Position numbers and translations under genes: made by a program. Under the pieces are notes generated by a model, which did no database searches, had not been told where the DNA came from, and saw nothing but the letters and a program-made list of their open reading frames with translations. Positions 58,616 to 64,000 of a DNA stretch of 64,000 nt are shown piece after piece (the first letter of the stretch is position 1; each line of letters starts with the position of its first letter). The stretch is from Gemmatimonadales bacterium. Its GTDB lineage: Bacteria; Gemmatimonadota; Gemmatimonadetes; Gemmatimonadales; GWC2-71-9. The stretch covers positions 49,208-113,207 of the forward strand of contig JBFXAY010000006.1 in assembly GCA_050183815.1 (NCBI GenBank). The letters are read 5' to 3'.

Positions 58616-58963
58616 CTACTTCACGAACTTCTCGTAGGTCTCCTGGTCGAACCCCACCAGCAGCGTCCGGCCCTTTCGTACGGTCGGCGCCCGGAGGTTT
58701 CCGCTCGGTCCGACGAGGACCGCGGCCAGGTCTGCCCGGGAAGGCTGATCCCGCTTGAGATCGAAGTGAAGCACCTTCCGGCCCTTGGTGACGTACAGGT
58801 GGTCGATGCCCTCGAGCACGGCGAGGGCCTGCTTGCCGGGAATGGTCCGCTTCTTCGCGTCCACCGTTTCGGTGACGGTGGCGTCATGCTGCGCAAGGAA
58901 CCCTTGCGTACGTTTGCAGCTGATTCACCCGGGGCGCAGGTACGCCCAATCGACTTTCGGCAT
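58616..58963 (-). CDS. ArsC/Spx/YffB-fold selenoprotein, with in-frame TGA 58927-58925 read as Sec (UISC motif)
   Basis: From ATG 58963: MPKVDWAYLRPG-U-ISCKRTQGFLAQHDATVTETVDAKKRTIPGK...LRAPTVRKGRTLLVGFDQETYEKFVK. The track ORF (58616-58864) is only the C-terminal part, in the same frame. The TGA aligns with the first Cys of the fold's N-terminal CxxC/CxxS. A hairpin lies 17 nt downstream. Confidence 0.78.
58892..58908 (-). promoter_or_regulatory. SECIS-like hairpin downstream of the ArsC-like TGA
   Basis: Minus-strand RNA CGCAAGG-GUU-CCUUGCG (or a 6-bp stem with a GGUUC loop), flanked by an outer GCUG/CAGC helix. Confidence 0.5.
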
Positions 58964-59010
58964 GGCGGTCTCGTTCAGGTTGTCGGGGTCGGCGCGCCGC
59001 GGCGCGGCCG

Positions 59011-60084
59011 TCAGGGCTGTGGCGTGGGCCGCCCGCCCGGTTTCCATTCCGGTTTGGGACCGTCCGCGAGGATCCGCACCGCGGCGGCGGCCGCGTCGAT
59101 GACCCGGGCAAAATGGTCGCGGTCGACCCGGCTGATTTCGTCGCTGGGCCGGTGATAGTCCTCGTGCATGTTGAACGTCGACAAGGTATGCGCGACGATG
59201 CCCTTGAGGGCGAACTGATAGTTGTCGCTCCGGCGGAAGAAGTTTTGGGCCGGCCGGCGATCAGGCCCGATCGGAAGGCCCGCTGCCGCGAGCGCCTCTC
59301 CCATCGTGCTTCGTTCGTACCCGGTCAGCCACGCCCGGCCCGGTCCGCCGGCGAGCGAATCAGGACGGCCGATCATTTCGATCTCGAGGTTGGCCACCAT
59401 CTGGTCGAGGGGGCGGACCGGATGGTCCGAGAACCATCGCGCGCCGAGGAGGCCGGATTCCTCGCCGATCCAGGTCGCGAAGACGAGGGTCCGCCGCGGC
59501 CGCGGTCCGCGGGCAATCTGCCGGGCGATTTCCAGGACGGCCACCACCCCTGACGCGTCGTCGTCCGCCCCGTTGTAGATCGAGTCGCCGTTGACGGGGG
59601 CGCGAATACCGACGTGGTCGTAATGCGCTCCAATCAGCACGTATTCGTCCGCGAGTGCCGGATCCGCTCCCGCGATCAGGCCGACGACGTTCGACCCCGG
59701 GAGCCGGTCCGCGGCCGGGAACGAGTCGCGCGCCGCGAAGCTTGCCGCCACCATCGGTCCCCGGACGGTTCGCTCCTGGCCGCCATTGCGGAACGTGCGA
59801 CTCGCCATGACCAGCGGCACGCGCTGGTGGAAGCCACTGTCGCCGGCCGGGGTGAGGCCAGCCCCGCGCATTTCCTCCGCGATGATGCGGGCGGCCGATA
59901 CTGCGCCCGGACGGCCCGTGGCCCGGCCCGCCAGCGAGTCGTCGGACAGGGTGGCGAGGAGCCGGTAGGCCGCGCCCGGGTCGGTCATCGGCTGAGACGG
60001 AGCGGCGTGGCCCCCGCAGGCCGCGAGCAGGAGCACGGCGGCGGGCCAGGAGCGGGTGGGCAATGTCAGGTTCGGAAAGGTCAT
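59011..60084 (-). CDS. M28 family zinc aminopeptidase, lipoprotein
   Basis: Start at ATG 60084 (MTFPNLTLPTRSWPAAVLLLAACGG). Metal-ligand blocks IGAHYDHVG, GADDDASG, EESGLLGA. Confidence 0.88.
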   Translation of the reverse strand: MTFPNLTLPTRSWPAAVLLLAACGGHAAPSQPMTDPGAAYRLLATLSDDSLAGRATGRPGAVSAARIIAEEMRGAGLTPAGDSGFHQRVPLVMASRTFRNGGQERTVRGPMVAASFAARDSFPAADRLPGSNVVGLIAGADPALADEYVLIGAHYDHVGIRAPVNGDSIYNGADDDASGVVAVLEIARQIARGPRPRRTLVFATWIGEESGLLGARWFSDHPVRPLDQMVANLEIEMIGRPDSLAGGPGRAWLTGYERSTMGEALAAAGLPIGPDRRPAQNFFRRSDNYQFALKGIVAHTLSTFNMHEDYHRPSDEISRVDRDHFARVIDAAAAAVRILADGPKPEWKPGGRPTPQP

Positions 60085-60277
60085 CGAGGTATCGTCAGGG
60101 TTCGGTCGGCGGCGGGCCAACGAGCCAGCGTCCGGCATGCCCGAGGCCGCGCTTCGCCGTGCGGACGTGGATCGTAAACGGGGTGGGTCGCCGGCGGCAC
60201 CGCCGTCCCGGAAGCGATGCCGGCGGCACGTCCCTCCGCTTGGGCGGCAGCCGACGCGCCGGCCGACGCCCCGCCGG

Positions 60278-61225
60278 TCATTCGTCCGGCGGCCCACCGG
60301 CGGCCGCGACCTGTCCGGGCTTGATCTTCCCGGCGTCGAGGCGTCCGGCGGCCGCCGTCATCTTCTCGATGATCTCGTCGGGATCCATCTTCGCGCCGCG
60401 CTTGAAGCGGATCGGATTGATCCGGGCGATCACGAAGGCCTTGAGATAGGGACTCTCGAGCCCTCGGGCCCTCAGTTCCGCCACCTTCTCCACGACGGCA
60501 GCGTCGAGCGCCAGCAGGCGCTCGGCCCGTTCCCGGCGGGTGGCGAGCGATTTGGAGAGCCGGGCGGCGGAGAACGACTCGGTGCGTTTGAGGACCGGAT
60601 GGTACGCCCCGCCCGAAAACCGGCCGTTCAGCTGGTAGCAGGCTCCGAGCGTCAGCAGGGCGGGCTCCTCGAACTCGGTCTCGTACTCCCGTTCCGGTCG
60701 GTCGTCGAGCGCACTCAGCGCCTCGGCGAGGCGGATCACTTCGAGGGCCCGTTCCCGGACATTGTGGGCCTTCTCGGTGTTGAGCACCAGGATCCGGTGG
60801 GCCACCGACTGGTCCGGCACCACGATCGCGAGCACCGCGCGGGCGCCCAGCTGCCGCATGGCCGCGAGCCGGTGGTTGCCGTTCGGCGTCCAGTAGCGGC
60901 CGTCCGCGGTCCGGACGGCTACGACCGGGTCGATGAACCGTCCGAGCCGGTCGATCGCGTCGGCGAGCCGGGCCACATGGGTCGGCGAGAGATCCCGCTG
61001 GTACGGCGTCGGCTCGACCCGGTCGAGGGGCAGGGCCGCCAGCAGCTGCCAGTGGCCACCGAGCGGCTCGCGGTAGTTGCCGACCACCGCGCCCCCGTCG
61101 GCCTCCACTTGGGTGGCCAGCGTCTCGAGGGCCGCCGGCGGCTTTCCGGATCCCACCGCGGCCGCCGTCAGACCCCGGGGTTCGGGCGCTTCCTTGCGTT
61201 TCTTGCGCGGGCGGGCGGTGGCCAT
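60278..61225 (-). CDS. ParB/Srx-fold N-terminal domain protein (orphan, no parA nearby)
   Basis: Start at ATG 61225 with a Lys/Arg-rich N-terminus. ParB-like block TPYQRDLSPTHVARLADAI...NGNHRLAAM. Confidence 0.75.
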   Translation of the reverse strand: MATARPRKKRKEAPEPRGLTAAAVGSGKPPAALETLATQVEADGGAVVGNYREPLGGHWQLLAALPLDRVEPTPYQRDLSPTHVARLADAIDRLGRFIDPVVAVRTADGRYWTPNGNHRLAAMRQLGARAVLAIVVPDQSVAHRILVLNTEKAHNVRERALEVIRLAEALSALDDRPEREYETEFEEPALLTLGACYQLNGRFSGGAYHPVLKRTESFSAARLSKSLATRRERAERLLALDAAVVEKVAELRARGLESPYLKAFVIARINPIRFKRGAKMDPDEIIEKMTAAAGRLDAGKIKPGQVAAAGGPPDE

Positions 61226-61370
61226 GGACGCTCCGGTCCGGTGGTGGGGCAGGCTCCAATAATACGTTGCCGGCGGAAGGCAGCGGCAGGCGGTCCCTGC
61301 GCCCGGACGGGGAACCGTGAAGGCCGGTCCCGGCCCGTCGTGAAGACTCCTCCACGGTCCGCGGGCCCAT

Positions 61371-61399
61371 TTGACAAGGACTTGGGGGGGCGGCACTAT
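61371..61399 (+). promoter_or_regulatory. Sigma-70-like promoter candidate for the EF-G paralogue
   Basis: TTGACA-N17-CACTAT, 32 nt upstream of GTG 61431. Confidence 0.3.
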
Positions 61400-61430
61400 C
61401 ACGCGTATCACAATCACGAGGGGGGTGCCC

Positions 61431-63479
61431 GTGAAGACCTACGGCTCGGATGCGATTCGGAACGTGGCGTTCGTGGGGCACGGCGGGTCCGGGAAGACGA
61501 CCCTGATCGACGCCCTCGCCTTCGTCTCCGGCTCGAGCCGGCGCCACGGCTCCATCAAGGACGGCACCACCCTCACCGACACCTCCCCCGACGAAATCGA
61601 CCGCAAGCATTCCATCAGTCTGGGAATCGGCTTCGCGGAGTGGCAGGATACGAAGATCAACATGCTCGACACGCCGGGCTTCCTCGACTTCTACGGCGAG
61701 GTCGCATCGGCCCTGTCCGTGGCGGACGCCGCGGTCGTGGTGCTGAGCGGGACGAGCGGCGTCGAGGTGGGCACCGAGAAGGTCTGGGAGCACTGCGATC
61801 ACCTGCATCTGCCCCGGATCCTGTTCGTGTCCCAGCTCGACAAGGAGCACGCCAATTTCGAGAAGGTCTTCGACGACGTGAAGGAACACCTCACGCCGAA
61901 GGTGCTCCCGGTCGAGATCCCCGTCGGCAACGGGGCCGAGTTCAAAGGCATCATCAACCTGTTCACCGGCCTCTGCCAGACCTTCACGGGCGGCTCGAAG
62001 ACCGGCGAGTTCGAGGAAGGGCCGATTCCGGAGGAATACCGCGAGGTGTTCGACCGGTACATGGACCAGTTCACCGAGGCCGTCGCCGCCACCGATGATG
62101 CGCTGATCGAGAAGTTCCTGGGCGGCGAGAAACTCTCCCGCGAGGAAATCGTCCCCGCCATGAAACGTGCGATCCAGGCGGGCGAGATCGTGCCGCTCTT
62201 CTGCGGCAGCGGCGAACTGATCATGGGCGTCCGGACCCTGCTGACGGAGATGGTCGAGCTGTTCCCGTCGCCCGCCGAGGTGGCGCCGCCGGCCGAGGGG
62301 CCGCTGGTGGGCCGGGTCTTCAAGATCATGTCGGAGCCCCACGTCGGCGACGTGAGCCTGTTCCGTCTCTATACGGGGTCGATCAAGAACGGCGAGGAGG
62401 TCTGGAATCACGAGCACAACGTGGCCGAGAAGCTGGGGCATCTGTCGGTGCAGCAGGGCCGCGAGCGGTTCGAGATTCCCGATCTCGCCGCCGGCGACAT
62501 CGGCTCGGTCGCCAAGTTGCGCGACACGCACACCAACGACACCTTCTGCCGCAAGGATCACCCGGTCCACCTCGAACCGATCGAATTCCCCGAGGCGGAG
62601 GCGACGTCGGCCGTGGTCGTGAAGCAGCGGGGGGAGGAGGACAAGCTCGCCGCCGGGCTTCACAAGCTCCACGAAGAGGATCCCACCTTCCACTTCGAGT
62701 ACAACTCGGAACTGGGGCAGACCCTGATCCACGGCCTCGGGGAGCGCCATTTCGACATCCTCCTTGGCCGGCTGCAGCGCAAGTACGGGGTGCATGCCGA
62801 GCTGGCCCGCCCGAGGGTGGCGTATCGGGAAACCATCAAGGGCATGGCGGAAGGGCAGGGGAAGCACAAGAAGCAGTCGGGCGGCCGCGGCCAGTACGGC
62901 GACTGCTGGATCCGGCTTGCACCGTTGGCGCGCGGCTCGGGCTACGAGTTCATCGACAGCATCGTTGGCGGCGTGATCCCCGGCAAATTCATTCCTGCCG
63001 TGGACCGCGGGATCCAGGAGGCCGCGGCCCGGGGGTCACTCGCCGGCTATCCTCTGGTGGATTTCCGGGCCGAGTGTTTCGACGGGAGCTACCACGACGT
63101 CGACTCGAACGAAATGTCGTTCAAGATGGCCGGGATTCTCGCCTTCCGGAACGTGGCTCCGAAGGCGCGGCCGGTCCTGCTCGAGCCGATCATCGCGGTG
63201 GACATCTTCACGCCCAACGAGATGCTCGGCGACGTGCTCGGCGACCTGAGTCCGCGGCGGGGCCAGATCCTCACCACGGAGGCGGTGGGCCGCCTGACCA
63301 GGGTGAGCGCCCTGGTGCCGCAGGCGGAACTGTACAAGTACTCCACCAACCTGCATTCGATCACGCACGGCCGGGGCACCCACAAGGAGCGCTTCCACGG
63401 GTACGCCGAGGCACCGGCGGAGGTCGCGGCCAAGGTGGCGGCGGACAACAAGGACAAACTCAAGCACGACGAGGACTGA
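61431..63479 (+). CDS. Elongation factor G paralogue (EF-G2-like) with degenerate G3/G4 motifs
   Basis: GTG 61431 (GAGGGGGG SD). G1 GHGGSGKTT, G3 DTPGFLDF, G4 position SQLD. EF-G domains II-V are recognisable (e.g. HKKQSGGRGQYGD). Confidence 0.88.
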   Translation: MKTYGSDAIRNVAFVGHGGSGKTTLIDALAFVSGSSRRHGSIKDGTTLTDTSPDEIDRKHSISLGIGFAEWQDTKINMLDTPGFLDFYGEVASALSVADAAVVVLSGTSGVEVGTEKVWEHCDHLHLPRILFVSQLDKEHANFEKVFDDVKEHLTPKVLPVEIPVGNGAEFKGIINLFTGLCQTFTGGSKTGEFEEGPIPEEYREVFDRYMDQFTEAVAATDDALIEKFLGGEKLSREEIVPAMKRAIQAGEIVPLFCGSGELIMGVRTLLTEMVELFPSPAEVAPPAEGPLVGRVFKIMSEPHVGDVSLFRLYTGSIKNGEEVWNHEHNVAEKLGHLSVQQGRERFEIPDLAAGDIGSVAKLRDTHTNDTFCRKDHPVHLEPIEFPEAEATSAVVVKQRGEEDKLAAGLHKLHEEDPTFHFEYNSELGQTLIHGLGERHFDILLGRLQRKYGVHAELARPRVAYRETIKGMAEGQGKHKKQSGGRGQYGDCWIRLAPLARGSGYEFIDSIVGGVIPGKFIPAVDRGIQEAAARGSLAGYPLVDFRAECFDGSYHDVDSNEMSFKMAGILAFRNVAPKARPVLLEPIIAVDIFTPNEMLGDVLGDLSPRRGQILTTEAVGRLTRVSALVPQAELYKYSTNLHSITHGRGTHKERFHGYAEAPAEVAAKVAADNKDKLKHDED

Positions 63480-63480
63480 C

Positions 63481-64000
63481 GTGGAACGGCCCCTGATCAT
63501 CGGCGTCGTCGGGGGCTCGGGGTCCGGCAAGACCACGGTGGCCCGGGGCATCTATGAAGCCCTGGGCCTCGACGCCGCGTTTCTCGATCAGGATGCCTAC
63601 TACAAGGACCTGGCGCACCTGCCGTTCGAAGAGCGGGTCCGGTTCAACTTCGACCACCCGGATGCCTTCGACACCGATCTCCTGGTGAGTCACATCGAGA
63701 GCCTTCGGGACGGGCGGATCATCGAGAAGCCGACCTACGACTTCGCGGCCCACACGCGCGCCGCCGCCCGGATTCCGGTCGAGCCGCGCGAGGTCCTGAT
63801 CGTCGACGGGATCATGCTGTTCGCCGATGCGCGCCTTCGGGCGCTTTTCGACATCAAGGTGTTCGTCGACGTGGCGGATGACATCCGATTCATCCGCCGG
63901 TTGCGCCGCGACGTCGAGGAGCGGGGGCGGAACATGAACGGGGTCATCCGCCAGTACCTCGATACCGTCCGGCCGATGCATCTCGAGTTCGTCGAACCCT
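63481..64000 (+). CDS. udk: Uridine kinase, 5' part (runs off the right edge)
   Basis: GTG 63481: VERPLIIGVVGGSGSGKTTVARGIYEALG...DQDAYYKD...FDHPDAFD...ILIVDGIMLF. This is an open-ended frame not listed in the ORF track. Confidence 0.9.
   Translation, partial: MERPLIIGVVGGSGSGKTTVARGIYEALGLDAAFLDQDAYYKDLAHLPFEERVRFNFDHPDAFDTDLLVSHIESLRDGRIIEKPTYDFAAHTRAAARIPVEPREVLIVDGIMLFADARLRALFDIKVFVDVADDIRFIRRLRRDVEERGRNMNGVIRQYLDTVRPMHLEFVEP

Noticed and set aside
60056-62867. 680-aa (+) and 928-aa (-) ORFs spanning the ParB-like gene, the intergenic region and the EF-G gene
   Set aside because: They cross well-supported genes on both strands, have an Arg/Gly/Pro-dominated composition, and show no motifs. 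They are shadow ORFs.

Overview
High-GC (~70%) bacterial chromosomal window. It is densely coding, with about 55 protein genes and many 1-4 nt start/stop overlaps. I saw no rRNA, tRNA, CRISPR array, transposase or integrase. The gene content (PadR plus duplicated FtsX/MacB-type 'ADOP' permeases, a fused E1 alpha/beta dehydrogenase, OmpA-like barrels with TSP3 repeats) suggests a Gemmatimonadota/Acidobacteriota-like organism; this is inference only. All family names come from motif recognition by eye, because no database search was possible. Most long ORFs in the track are GC-driven shadow frames, and I re-set many starts to internal ATG/GTG codons with signal peptides or Shine-Dalgarno motifs.

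Main points:
1. Three small thiol-oxidoreductase-fold genes are interrupted by an in-frame TGA exactly at a CxxC redox position (CVAU, CRYU, UISC). They are SelW/Rdx-like at 38561-38791, AhpD/CMD-like at 52348-52890 and ArsC/Spx-fold at 58616-58963. Each TGA is followed 11-17 nt later by a GC-rich hairpin. I interpret them as selenoprotein genes that the ORF track cannot show.
2. A four-gene operon (two Csu/SCPU- or DUF4402-like fimbrial subunits, a PapD-like chaperone, and an usher-like outer-membrane protein with extra C-terminal Ig-like domains; 43726-48180, minus strand) sits behind a consensus sigma-54 promoter, TGGCACG-N4-TTGC.
3. A second good sigma-54 promoter lies in front of a secreted protein with an Arg/Asp dipeptide-repeat tail. 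A third, weaker one lies in front of a MacAB-like efflux operon that carries two ATPase genes plus its own NtrC-type two-component pair.
4. There is a divergent PQQ dehydrogenase lacking the Cys-Cys ring and the catalytic Asp, and an EF-G paralogue lacking the catalytic His and the NKxD motif.
5. A 35-bp near-perfect palindrome lies upstream of the PadR gene.
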